From IMG/VR virus record IMGVR_UViG_3300028887_000090, positions 37,852 through 101,851 of that record: DNA of 64,000 bases; one strand, 5' to 3'. Below, piece by piece: positions 7,301-16,374 of this stretch. The translations under genes and the position numbers were made by a program. Position 1 is the first letter of the stretch; each line of letters starts with the position of its first letter. This stretch comes from a virus (lineage: Duplodnaviria; Caudoviricetes). A model generated the notes under the pieces. That model had not been told where the DNA came from, ran no database searches, and saw only the letters and a program-made list of their open reading frames with translations.

Positions 7301-9548
7301 TTCCCAGGAGCGCCAGAAGATTATCATGGAGAGCAATTACACGGGTAAGGTGGATAAAGACTACGAGGGCCAGATGGAGAAACTGCAAATCGCAGAGTTT
7401 ACTCCTGACCAGACCGCTTACCTGATGGGATTGCAGCAGAAGGGTGGTAAGGATGCTGTGCAGGCATTCCTCGATGAGCGCAGCAGCTTATGGCGCGAGG
7501 CATTCGTGAAGGCCCGCGAGAATATGATAGCACTTATCTCCAATGACCCGTCAACGGAAAAGGGACGCAAGGCTATTATGACCTTGCTCTATGGTGCCGA
7601 CTACGAGAACCGCTTGCAGAACTCTCCGCTGAAGTCGTTGCTGACGATGGAGGCTGATAAGTGGCAGGTGTTCTACGAAAAGCTGATTGCCTATGGCGAT
7701 GATTATACCGAGGCCCTGAAGAAGGTAGCCGACCGTGAAAAGAAACTGTTGGATTTCCGTCTGAAGGTTTACGAGGCATACCAGAAAGCCACCAGTGAGG
7801 CAACTCGTGCCGACTATAAGGATAAGAGCATCTATCAGTTTACAGATGAAGGTTATGCCCAGCGTGCGCAGCATGAGTTGGCAAAGAGTCAGCGCAAACG
7901 TAAGTTGGGTAATGTGAATGATGGAAACTCTCGTGCGCAGACTATGCGTGAGGGTCGTGAGCAAGAGGAACTTGTTACCGATCCAGGCAAAGTGGAGCGT
8001 ACCGGTATGATGGGTGGCTCTACCTTCTTTAACTCATTCAAGGCTGACCCAGCCCTGGCACAGTTGAAGGCTGAAATGGAACTCCGCAAGCAGGCTATGG
8101 AATTGGCTATTGCCGAAGGCCAGTTAGAGGAGAATATTGCAGAGCGTAAGACAGAACTTTGGCAGGCTCAGGCAAAGTATTATGCCGAGCTTGGTACCAG
8201 ACTGAAGGCGCAGATGGAGGAAATGTATGGTCTCGCCGCTCCTGTCGAAACCTTTGGTACTAACATCGGTAAGGCTTTCGCCACGATGACCGAGGACGCA
8301 GAGGCAGGCCGTAAGGCTATCCGTGCTGCCATCGGTGACATGATTAACGGCTTCATGGAGCAGACCGTGAAGATGACTGAGGAATGGATTAAGCGTCGTC
8401 TGATGCAGACGATGTACGACAATCTGATGTCGAAGCAAATCGTTGCTTCTGCTGAAGAGCAAGTTGCTCTTGAAGAAAAGAAGCAGGATGATATCACTGA
8501 TGCCCAGAAGGAAGGTGGCGAGGCGAAGCAGTCCATCTTTAAGAAGATAGGTAATGGCTTTATGTCCCTCTTCAAGAAACAGAAGAAGGATGAAGTCAAA
8601 ATGGAGGAGGATAAGCAGGATGAAATCATCGAGACACAAGAGACCGGAGGCGAGGCCCAGGAGTTCTTGAATCAAGAGGTGAAGAGTAATATCTCGAAGG
8701 CTACAGCTGAGATTGGCAATGAGACCCTTCAGACTGAGCAGGCTCAGGTACAACAGGAGGTGCAGACCGAATCCGCAAAGACGCAGGCTAACACCTCAAT
8801 GGGTATTGCCAGTGGTGCCTCTAAGATCATTGGTACGTTAGGCTGGTGGGGTATTCCTCTGATTGCCGTCATCACTGCCTTGCTGAATGGCTTGCTCTCG
8901 TTTGCCATGTCGAAGGTGTCATCACTCTTTGGCGGTGGCAGCGAATCCGATGATGGTGGCGGTCAGACGGCCAAACTTGTGACGGGTATGTTGACTTACG
9001 ACTCTGGTAACGTGCAGGCTTATGCCGGTGTTCTCGATGGTAAGAGTTATCCTGTCGTTGGTAGCGATGGTAACGTCTATGCCGCTACTGACGGTGGCGA
9101 ACTGAGTACTGGCTTGGTGAAGGATCCTATCACTACCTTCGTCAATGGTCAACCGGCTTTGGTGGCTGAAAAAGGCCCAGAAATGGTGATTGGTCGTGAA
9201 ACGACGGCTGCCATGATGATGGCTCGCCCAGACTTGATGGCAGAGATAGTGAAGTTCGATAAGAATCGTTCCGGCATGAATTACCGCGTCTTTGACGAAG
9301 GTAACGTAGGTGAGTTTGGGGCATTCGCTAACCCCGACGGCTCTCCCGCCGCTCCCTCGCTCTCCCAGGAGGATGTGCAGCAGTTGCGCGGAGCCATCAC
9401 TGAGTTTACGGCTATGATGTTGCTGTTGCAGAAGAATGGCTTGCATGTGAATAAGTACGGACGTGGCGGTATTGCCGAGGAAGCCGAGGATGGTGCTCAG
9501 TTTATGGGCCGCTATTCCGGCTCCCGTCTGTGGAATAAGAAAAAGTAA
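4323..9548 (+). CDS. Phage tail tape measure protein
   Basis: 1741 aa, coiled-coil rich, TP901-like core (FSDQLADIRKVSG...), hydrophobic segments, C-terminal VAEKGPEMVI motif. Confidence 0.88.
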   Translation: MALFNSKKSEVVITVNSQQPKAAVRAMKVELDKLTRSYEQLNNAGKAGTQRAKNMLKDIKDLKAAIKNSEADMQKVDKVVKNLGNATLRQLRQALKQVNKEIENTSANNPKLVQLKEQYRAIDQQIRMMTKDINSANSAIRGSGGAFATTLKNLTAYFGLFQLFSQIQSKLTSIIKLNLQFSDQLADIRKVSGLAMSDINHMSENLAKIDTRTTIQELNQIAYAGAKLGIGKWGTEALEQFVRASNQVNVALKEDLGADALTALSKITEVMGLIPKMGVEKSMLATGSAMFQLAATSTATAGNIVEFSKRLTGMARTAGITTDQLLALGSAADSMYLMPEVASTAFNKFITALQKNHNLIEKQLQIDPGTISNLYSTGRIVDAMVLVFERMNKMGNMNVMQDLFKDLGSDGARLVNVMVTMSKNVDMLKDHLYTSSEAFEEATAVTTEYNIQQETANALMERASNIWEKAFVNPTGVDYVKSMAQQWYDLSKALTESNVYMGQIKLTLGLLWALVKLGLYLLPALIQFMMFKGSYTVVVGMWKGMVVVYQQLMAKITGATVAQQGLNTAMKANIFGVIISLLSMAAVYMFNYGEKTEEAANSQRKLNSYLEDAAKAYDEERRKLESYRNVLDDANLAQEQRERIIKKFNHEYQPYLTKLGLEVKSVGDLKGAYEDLNAEIKKKMYYQMRERAYSDKLGEAQGGVENAVMDYSRYVNGKADFKAFDTKWLQSKVDAGLTVDEIYKSVIEQTYGKGGVWSGYNGDYIINNKSKRDSGLRSRIANFVNANKNYTTTKTEIDDAFNPIIGDYDPFKNDDLGELERDAVDKRERAKQKAEEAARRKALRAEMKAEQEQAKAVMDNVKNYYERQIAAITDMATKTNMDPELQAKMVDAMKNRMNDALANVRKAIAGVENGWSDFRETMINDLYEPLKSDGTNESTQLLDNIIQNDVDKLREMIKDLSKALGQSQGVLLDQIWRKATENQLKNAVQENKASQERQKIIMESNYTGKVDKDYEGQMEKLQIAEFTPDQTAYLMGLQQKGGKDAVQAFLDERSSLWREAFVKARENMIALISNDPSTEKGRKAIMTLLYGADYENRLQNSPLKSLLTMEADKWQVFYEKLIAYGDDYTEALKKVADREKKLLDFRLKVYEAYQKATSEATRADYKDKSIYQFTDEGYAQRAQHELAKSQRKRKLGNVNDGNSRAQTMREGREQEELVTDPGKVERTGMMGGSTFFNSFKADPALAQLKAEMELRKQAMELAIAEGQLEENIAERKTELWQAQAKYYAELGTRLKAQMEEMYGLAAPVETFGTNIGKAFATMTEDAEAGRKAIRAAIGDMINGFMEQTVKMTEEWIKRRLMQTMYDNLMSKQIVASAEEQVALEEKKQDDITDAQKEGGEAKQSIFKKIGNGFMSLFKKQKKDEVKMEEDKQDEIIETQETGGEAQEFLNQEVKSNISKATAEIGNETLQTEQAQVQQEVQTESAKTQANTSMGIASGASKIIGTLGWWGIPLIAVITALLNGLLSFAMSKVSSLFGGGSESDDGGGQTAKLVTGMLTYDSGNVQAYAGVLDGKSYPVVGSDGNVYAATDGGELSTGLVKDPITTFVNGQPALVAEKGPEMVIGRETTAAMMMARPDLMAEIVKFDKNRSGMNYRVFDEGNVGEFGAFANPDGSPAAPSLSQEDVQQLRGAITEFTAMMLLLQKNGLHVNKYGRGGIAEEAEDGAQFMGRYSGSRLWNKKK

Positions 9549-9579
9549 TGAATTAATGTTTTAATGAATTGATGAATTT

Positions 9580-9843
9580 ATGGAAGAAAAACTTTTCCCT
9601 TACATTGTCGATCTGCTAATCAAACTATTCGACACGATGCCTCCCCAGGAGGAGATAACCCTTGATACGCGCTTGCAGGAGGATTTGAATCTCGATTCTC
9701 TCGACATTCTCGATTTCATCCTGGCTGTGGAAACGCAGTTTGGCGTGAAGCTCGACATGAACAATGCGAAGAATACCCGCACCCTGAGAGATCTGGTGCA
9801 GGCTGTTATCACCCTAAATCCTGACGCATGCAACAGAGAGTAG
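9580..9843 (+). CDS. acpP: Acyl carrier protein
   Basis: 87 aa, acidic, DLNLDSLD phosphopantetheine attachment motif, ETQFGVKL. Confidence 0.85.
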   Translation: MEEKLFPYIVDLLIKLFDTMPPQEEITLDTRLQEDLNLDSLDILDFILAVETQFGVKLDMNNAKNTRTLRDLVQAVITLNPDACNRE

Positions 9844-11072
9844 TCATCACCGGCATGGGCATCTGGAGCTGCATCGGCGAGAACATCCAAGCCGTTGAGC
9901 AGTCGCTTCGCCTGGGACGTTCTGGCATCGGTGCTGACCCACGACGCACGGAGTACGGCTACCAGTCGCCATTGACGGGTATCGTGCCTGAGCCGGATCT
10001 GTCGCATGAAGGCTTGCGCCGTTCGCAGCGTATGTGCCTGTCGGAGGCGGGTCGTTATGCGTATATGGCCGTGAAGCAGGCCCTGGAGCAAGCGCCCATG
10101 ACCGACCGCCATCGGGTAGGGCTGATAGTCAGCAACGACTCGACGGCTTGTGAACTGGCAGAGGTGGAGGACATCATGCGCTTGCATCACGACTCACGCC
10201 GTCTGGGTGCTGGCGCGGTGTTCCGTTCGCTGAACTCGACGGTATCGATGACGCTGGCCTCTATCTTCGGCATCGGTGGTATCTCGCTGACGGTCTCTGC
10301 CGCTTGTGCTGGTGGTGGTCATGCCGTCGGACTGGCGCTGTCGCTCATCCGTAGCGGACAGGTGGATGCGTGTATTGTCGTGGGTGCTCAGGAGGTAGGA
10401 CTGCATGCCTATACGTCGTTTGATGCACTGGGTATCTTCTCGCAGCGTGCCGATGATCCTGAGAAGGCAAGCCGTCCTTTCGATGCAGCCCGTGACGGTC
10501 TGGTGCCGAGCGGTGGTGCTGCCTGTGTTATCCTGGAGAGCGCCGAGCATGCTGCTATGGGTAATCGTAAGCCCATGGCCACGGTTCGCGGTTATGGCTT
10601 CTGTACGTCGCCCGACATCGTTACGCCTTCAGCAGAGAGTATTTTCCGCTGTATGAGCAACGCCATTCAGGATGCCGACATCAATCCGGAGCAGCTATCG
10701 ATGATTATGGCACATGCCACATCAACGCAGGATGGCGACCGTGCTGAAGCCGATGCGCTGCTGTCATTGTCGCTCTGGCTGCCGAAATATACATGTGGGG
10801 TAGGGAAACCTATCGGTAATCCCTTCGTGGTCTCTACGAAGTGTTTGACAGGCCACGAGTGCTGGATGTCTGGTGTATCACAGGTGGTCTATGCACTTAT
10901 CCAGATGCAGGGTGGTTTTGTGGCTCCGCATATCAATCTGGAACAGCCGGAACCAGCTGCCGCACGTCTGAATATTCCAACCAAGCCGACAGTCACTAAT
11001 ATCAATCATGTGTTGTGTAACGCCTTCGGCTTCGGTGGCACCAACAGTTCTATCATTATCTCGAAACCTTAA
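9828..11072 (+). CDS. Beta-ketoacyl-ACP synthase (FabB/FabF family)
   Basis: RVVITGMG start, catalytic Cys in SAACAGG, His in AHATST and TGHE, SRPFDAARDG, C-terminal NAFGFGGTN. Confidence 0.92.
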   Translation: MQQRVVITGMGIWSCIGENIQAVEQSLRLGRSGIGADPRRTEYGYQSPLTGIVPEPDLSHEGLRRSQRMCLSEAGRYAYMAVKQALEQAPMTDRHRVGLIVSNDSTACELAEVEDIMRLHHDSRRLGAGAVFRSLNSTVSMTLASIFGIGGISLTVSAACAGGGHAVGLALSLIRSGQVDACIVVGAQEVGLHAYTSFDALGIFSQRADDPEKASRPFDAARDGLVPSGGAACVILESAEHAAMGNRKPMATVRGYGFCTSPDIVTPSAESIFRCMSNAIQDADINPEQLSMIMAHATSTQDGDRAEADALLSLSLWLPKYTCGVGKPIGNPFVVSTKCLTGHECWMSGVSQVVYALIQMQGGFVAPHINLEQPEPAAARLNIPTKPTVTNINHVLCNAFGFGGTNSSIIISKP

Positions 11073-11202
11073 TGCACCATCAGCGGATGGGCATTCTTCA
11101 TTATGATATTTGAATTTTTAGTTAGTAGTTAGTAGATTAGTTTTAGGTTAAGTATTAGTAAAATCTTGTATTACATACATCTGTTTATGTATAGTAATCG
11201 TT

Positions 11203-11232
11203 CGAGGGCTGTGCTGTGAAGCACGGCCCTCG
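11203..11232. terminator. Strong hairpin, probable terminator after the KS gene
   Basis: cgagggctgtgc-tgtgaa-gcacggccctcg stem-loop. Confidence 0.55.
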
Positions 11233-11239
11233 CTTGTCA

Positions 11240-12060
11240 TATATCCCTCTCGCGGCTTTCCCGCCACCAAGGTAATCTAAATCTCGCGTTTTCCCGCACC
11301 TACGGTAGTAATCTTACTCCGCACCTACGGTAGTAATCAAAATGGTGGCACCGCCACCTCTCTGACCTAATGTAATTAGGGCATAATACCCCAATTTAAT
11401 ACTGGGTACAAAGGTACGAAAAATCCCTGAAACTACTAAAAGATATTCAAGGAAATTTCGAGGATGAATTAATATTTTTCTCCTTTCCCTCTATTTAGGG
11501 CATTCCTGGGCATTTCCAGAGGGTCAAAAGGAGAAAATGATGGTTTTCCGCATACCTCATATATATTTTGAGAAAAAATTTCTCTCTGATAGAGATAGAA
11601 ATCCCGTACCCTAAAAGGAATTGAGCAACAAAGCGAAAGTTCCACTTTCTCCTTTGATTATCAGATACTTGGGGGCGAGGGGAGGTGGCATAAAGCGAGC
11701 GGTTTTCATGGAATTTTTGTCATAAATTCTGTTTTCTATTTTTCTTCCCGTGTGTACTAAGTTTTTTAGAAAAAAGGTAAAAATAACTTTTTACCAATGT
11801 TTATGTCTGATTTTCAGCGAGTTAAAGCTATTTCGAAATCTCCTTTTGAAATCTTTTCATAACTTTCGATAACTTTTTTCCCCGTTTTTGACTTTACAGA
11901 AATTGGGGATTCGGGCTGCAAAAAGTAGTTTTGAGGTTCAAAAGGAGAAAATATCCCTGGTCAGGGAGAAAATTTCCTCGACCTCGAAAACGGATTATTT
12001 GGTGGCTCCGATTGTGTTCAAATGTTAAAACTTACACGATATAAGAAATTAAATAGATTT
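11240..12060. other. Long AT-rich non-coding region with direct and inverted repeats; candidate replication origin
   Basis: No ORF of 60 aa or more; 20-nt direct repeat at 11294 and 11319; AAAGGAGAAAA-like motif in both orientations; upstream of the primase-like gene. Confidence 0.45.
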
Positions 12061-12064
12061 TTAT

Positions 12065-12095
12065 TTTGTCTATTCAAATATTATGTTTAACTTTG
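12065..12095 (+). promoter_or_regulatory. Host-type Bacteroidota sigma-A promoter
   Basis: TTTG-N19-TAACTTTG upstream of the 12133 operon. Confidence 0.6.
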
Positions 12096-12132
12096 TCCGC
12101 GAATAACAAATATCATATAAGGTGAAACGCTT

Positions 12133-12525
12133 ATGAAAATCTATCTCGTTATCCTGAATTGGGTATTGTTGATGTCGCTGTTGACGGTGATCGCGCTGGG
12201 CATCCTCGGTGGTGGTTGGACGTTACCTGTCGGCATGTTCATTGGTTCGATGGCTACCGCCGGTCTGATATCCTATCAGTACAGTAAGGATGAGTCGCCC
12301 GACAAAGACTGGAAATGGCGCAAGGGTTATTTCCATAAGGATTATCCAGTAGAGACATTGGTACACCTGTTTCTTGGTACCCTGTGTTTTGTTCTGTCGT
12401 ATTGGTTCTGGCGTGGCTTCTGGCTGATGGGCCTCGGTTTCTGTCTGGCATGGCTCATCAATATTCTGGTGGAATGGGCCTGGGCCAAGTGGCATAACTA
12501 TTACAACTATTATAATAATAAATAG
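12133..12525 (+). CDS. Hypothetical membrane protein (about 4 TM helices)
   Basis: Four long hydrophobic stretches. Confidence 0.7.
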   Translation: MKIYLVILNWVLLMSLLTVIALGILGGGWTLPVGMFIGSMATAGLISYQYSKDESPDKDWKWRKGYFHKDYPVETLVHLFLGTLCFVLSYWFWRGFWLMGLGFCLAWLINILVEWAWAKWHNYYNYYNNK

Positions 12526-12528
12526 GTA

Positions 12529-13560
12529 ATGGACTCCATTTTCGACCGCATGTGTTCTGTCTATACCGATGCGAAAGATAACGTCGGGCGCTTCGTAGAT
12601 ATGGAAACGGGTGAGATCATCCAGTCGATGACCATCCGCGAGTTCTGTATGACGGATCGCTGGCAGCCTGTGGTTGAGAAGTTGCGTGGCATGGTAGAGA
12701 CGATGGGCGAGAAGGCTGCAAAGGCATCTGACGAATACCGCGAGACCAAGCAGTTCCTTCCAGGCGCTACACTCTCCGGACTCTTTGAGCCGCGAGAGGT
12801 GGAGGTGGAAAAGACCAACCGCCGGACGGGTGAGAAGTTCATAGTGAAGGAAATGGTGTCGCGTCGTGGGTCGCATCTGGCACAGCATACGGGATTCCTC
12901 TGCATAGATATCGATCATCAGGATAACGAGAGCCTGGGCGATATGAAGAGCATCCTGCGTACCCTTCGCCACCGTCCTGAAGTGGCGCTGCTGATGAAGT
13001 CGTGCAGTGGTACCGGCTACTTCGCTCTCATTCCGTTGCTCTATCCGCAATACCATAAGGAACAGTTCAAGGCCCTGTTGCGTGAGTACTCGGCGCTGGG
13101 CATCCAGATAGACCGTAAGTGTGGTGACGTGACTCGCATACGCTTTGCTTCGTATGACTCAGATCCCTATATCAATGAACATGCCCTGGCTTATGCCGGT
13201 GTGTGCTTAGAGACCAGCGAACAGGTGTTGGCTCCGAAGGCAGCGGTGTATAGCAGCAGTGGCGAGAGTGACGACCAGTTGGTTGAGCGTGTGCGCCGGA
13301 TGGTAGAGCTGCTGGAGCGTACCAATACCGACATTGTGAATGACTACGATGTGTGGTTTCGTGTGGGCCTGTCGTTGGCCAACCTTCCGGCACCCTACGG
13401 CTTCGAGTTCTTTGACCGCGTGAGCCGTATCAATGTGTCGAAGTATAATGCAAAGGATGTGGAAGAAAAGTTCAAGTACAATTCCAGTCCGGATAAGATC
13501 TCGATAGCGTATTTCTTTGCCCGCTGTAAGGATGCGGGAATAACCCTCAGAGGATATTAA
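12529..13560 (+). CDS. VirE N-terminal-like (BT4734 family) primase with PriCT-2-like C-terminal domain
   Basis: KQFLPGATLSG, HTGFLCIDID, SCSGTG, CGDVTRIRFASYD; C-terminal YDVWFRVGLSLA...FFDRVSR. Confidence 0.75.
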   Translation: MDSIFDRMCSVYTDAKDNVGRFVDMETGEIIQSMTIREFCMTDRWQPVVEKLRGMVETMGEKAAKASDEYRETKQFLPGATLSGLFEPREVEVEKTNRRTGEKFIVKEMVSRRGSHLAQHTGFLCIDIDHQDNESLGDMKSILRTLRHRPEVALLMKSCSGTGYFALIPLLYPQYHKEQFKALLREYSALGIQIDRKCGDVTRIRFASYDSDPYINEHALAYAGVCLETSEQVLAPKAAVYSSSGESDDQLVERVRRMVELLERTNTDIVNDYDVWFRVGLSLANLPAPYGFEFFDRVSRINVSKYNAKDVEEKFKYNSSPDKISIAYFFARCKDAGITLRGY

Positions 13561-13576
13561 CTTTTCAACGATTGAT

Positions 13577-14470
13577 ATGCAATTAATAAAACCTACAGTT
13601 GAACTTTGGCCCTCTCCGGAGGTATGGCAGGAACAGGTGGCTCGTGCTGCCCGTCTGTGCTACGCCTCCGAGGGTGGCCAGAAAAGCGCAGAGGACTTCT
13701 GCGACATGTTGCTGAAGCGTAAGCACCTGTCGATGTTCCGACATGGCAGTGCCTATTTCGTCTTTGCTGTGAAGGGTGAACCCGACAACAGCGTGTTTCC
13801 CTTGTGGCTCATTACGGCCCTCAATAACACCCCTTATGTGTGCATCCGCTACCATAAGGATAAGAAGAAAAAGGAGCGTACCTTCTTTGTCTCTACAAAC
13901 CGTCATTTCCTGATGGATGCAAAGGCCATCGCCAAGGAACTGAAACCCTACGAGGTGACACTCCAGGACTTTGTGGCCAAGGCTAAGGAGTTGAATTTCC
14001 CGACGGCCTTCGCACTCATTCGTTATACCGTATGTGTGACTACACAGATATCTACTTCGAGAGAGCTGAACCGCACTTCACCTAACAATATCGCCGAGCA
14101 ATCGACACGATATGTCAACTTTGGCAAACGTGGTGGCATCACCATCTGTCTGCCGCATTGGTATGAGTGTGCGCACTGGTCGAAGAAGCTGCTGGCGCGT
14201 GTTGGTTGGAAGATGTCGGAATGGTGCTATATGCTGGGCCTCCGTCTGGGACTGCCCGCACAGGATGCGCGTGGGTTCCTCTGTCTCGATGCTGCTACCC
14301 GTGTGGCTTACACTTACAATGTGTTTGAGTGGCGCAATATCATGCGTTTGCGTCTGACAGGTGAAACCGGTAAACCGCATCCCAATGCACATATCGCTGC
14401 ACAGCAGATCCACGATGTCATTTTACCCCAGATGCGGGTCTATGGCGGTGAAAGCTCGACGTTACTATAA
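13577..14470 (+). CDS. thyX: FAD-dependent thymidylate synthase
   Basis: ARAARLCY, HLSMFRH, SRELNR...EQSTRYV, QDARGFL, LRL...HP. Confidence 0.82.
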   Translation: MQLIKPTVELWPSPEVWQEQVARAARLCYASEGGQKSAEDFCDMLLKRKHLSMFRHGSAYFVFAVKGEPDNSVFPLWLITALNNTPYVCIRYHKDKKKKERTFFVSTNRHFLMDAKAIAKELKPYEVTLQDFVAKAKELNFPTAFALIRYTVCVTTQISTSRELNRTSPNNIAEQSTRYVNFGKRGGITICLPHWYECAHWSKKLLARVGWKMSEWCYMLGLRLGLPAQDARGFLCLDAATRVAYTYNVFEWRNIMRLRLTGETGKPHPNAHIAAQQIHDVILPQMRVYGGESSTLL

Positions 14471-14491
14471 TAATAATTATGATAAATAGGT

Positions 14492-15268
14492 ATGAAACGA
14501 CCTCTCGCCCATCGTGCCATTTATAAGCCGGAAGGCCCCGCAGCGGAGTATGCCGTATGGGGTTGCAATCTGTATAAAGGTTGTCGTCATCAGTGTACTT
14601 ATTGCTACTTGCGTCGTGGCCCGATGGGAAAGCAGCTCGGTGGTGCTGTGCCTGAGATTGAGAAGAAAGTGGGTGGTACTGAAGAGAAGGCTTACCGACG
14701 CTTCTGTAAAGAAGTGGATGCCTACCAGGAGCAGTTTAAGACTGACGGTGGCATTTTCTTCTCTTTCAGTACTGACCCATTGCTTCAGGAACAGTGGAAC
14801 CTGACATATCGCTGTGCGCGTTATGCTCTGGAGCATGGTGTTCCTGTGTGGCTGCTGACCAAAACGACATGGTGGTACCGTAATGCCCAATTCCTTTGGG
14901 AGTATCGCGATTTGTTGCACATTGGTTTTACGTTGACGGGGCATAATGAACTGGAGCCTTATGCGCCCAGCAATGCCGACCGCATCACCTTCATTCGTCG
15001 CCTGCATGATATGGGTTTCCATATCTGGGTATCGTTGGAGCCAGTGATTGATTTCGAGTCGTCGCTGACGTGTATTCTGAACACTACCGGACTGGTGGAG
15101 GAATACCGCATCGGCCTCCTGTCGCCTTACTCTAAGAACCGCTACGACTGGCAACAGTGTGACCGTTTCATGGATGCCGTTCACAAACTCCAGCGCGAGA
15201 ACGGTTTCTTTAAGGTCGTTTGGAAGGATAGTATCAAGAAATTTTATAATGAACAAAAACCAGAATAA
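14492..15268 (+). CDS. Radical SAM protein (phage SPL-like family)
   Basis: CxxxCxxC motif in GCRHQCTYCY; FSTDP, LLTK, VSLEP. Confidence 0.8.
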   Translation: MKRPLAHRAIYKPEGPAAEYAVWGCNLYKGCRHQCTYCYLRRGPMGKQLGGAVPEIEKKVGGTEEKAYRRFCKEVDAYQEQFKTDGGIFFSFSTDPLLQEQWNLTYRCARYALEHGVPVWLLTKTTWWYRNAQFLWEYRDLLHIGFTLTGHNELEPYAPSNADRITFIRRLHDMGFHIWVSLEPVIDFESSLTCILNTTGLVEEYRIGLLSPYSKNRYDWQQCDRFMDAVHKLQRENGFFKVVWKDSIKKFYNEQKPE

Positions 15269-15270
15269 TT

Positions 15271-15759
15271 ATGGCAGAAAAGAAAGAAACTAAGCAGCGT
15301 CCATTGAAGAAGGGTGATTTTGTCCGCATTGCAATGGAAGTGATGATGAAACAGCATGAGCCTAAGACCAAAGAGGAACTTCAGGAGTTGAAGGCTCTGG
15401 AAAAAGAGGTAGAGGGTCTGGAAACACAACTGACCGCACTCGTTGGAGGTTATATCATTCAGAGCGACTTGCTCCAGAAGCATACCTCGATGGCCCTGCT
15501 GATGGCAGCCTGTATCAGTACGTGCGATATTCTATTTATGGTTGAGCAGTTGGGCGACATGAAGGGTATCACTCCACTCGATGCCTTCAACGAACTGTTG
15601 CCCGTGTATAAACCCATGCAGGATGCCGTGCTCGTGCAGCGTATGGCGAAAGCAGCTGAGGAAGCCAAGCATTCCCGTAAGAAAAAGAAGCCAGCAGTGA
15701 AGGCTACTGTGAACACGGCAAAGAAGGCTACGTTGAAGGTAGAGAAACCAAAAAAGTGA
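15271..15759 (+). CDS. Hypothetical protein
   Basis: ORF in a tightly packed operon; Lys-rich tail. Confidence 0.7.
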   Translation: MAEKKETKQRPLKKGDFVRIAMEVMMKQHEPKTKEELQELKALEKEVEGLETQLTALVGGYIIQSDLLQKHTSMALLMAACISTCDILFMVEQLGDMKGITPLDAFNELLPVYKPMQDAVLVQRMAKAAEEAKHSRKKKKPAVKATVNTAKKATLKVEKPKK

Positions 15760-16373
15760 TGGATAAGTTGCCGATCATCCGCTTTACGCAGGGTCTTACT
15801 ACGCTGGTTACAGAGGGTAAGAAGGATATGACCCGCCGGTTGACCACAGACCGCCGACAGTATGAGGTGGGCGAACGGGTGGCTATCGCAGAAGGTTATG
15901 GCTTTATCTGGCGCAGTCTGCCCACTCCTGGCGATAAGATCAGGTTTATCCATCGCTTGCAGCGTGAGTTGGGTGTGGAGCATCCTATGCAGTTGCCCGC
16001 GTGGGAAAACAAACTCTTTGTCCGTCCGGAGCTGATGCAGTACCAAATAGAGATTACCGAGAAACGTCGTGAGCACCTTCAGGATATCTCCGAGGCCGAC
16101 ATGTTGCGTGAGGGTATTTTCCATGGTCTTATGAGCGCGACGGACATCAAGACGAAGGAAACGGGTGACTTTACCTGGCTCGACATCAAGCGTAAGAAAC
16201 TTCCTAACGGAAAGTATCATGTCAGCATTCGGCATAACATCCATAGCAATTTGCGTGAGTGCTTTATCGACATGATCGACCATGTATGTGGCAAAGGCAC
16301 CTGGGACTCCAATCCCGAAGTCTATGCCTACGCCTTCAAACTGATCGACCTTTATCCCAAATTTTTAGAATAG
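15756..16373 (+). CDS. ASCH/PUA-like phage protein
   Basis: GKKDMTRR, EHLQDISEADMLREGI, WDSNPEVYAYAF motifs. Confidence 0.6.
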   Translation: MMDKLPIIRFTQGLTTLVTEGKKDMTRRLTTDRRQYEVGERVAIAEGYGFIWRSLPTPGDKIRFIHRLQRELGVEHPMQLPAWENKLFVRPELMQYQIEITEKRREHLQDISEADMLREGIFHGLMSATDIKTKETGDFTWLDIKRKKLPNGKYHVSIRHNIHSNLRECFIDMIDHVCGKGTWDSNPEVYAYAFKLIDLYPKFLE

Positions 16374-16374
16374 T

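Noticed and set aside
4815-9446. Numerous long minus-strand ORFs opposite the tape measure and other large genes
   Set aside because: They are antisense shadows caused by codon bias of the + strand genes and show no recognisable motifs.
11294-11338. Mini-CRISPR from the 20-nt direct repeat
   Set aside because: Only two exact copies separated by 5 nt.
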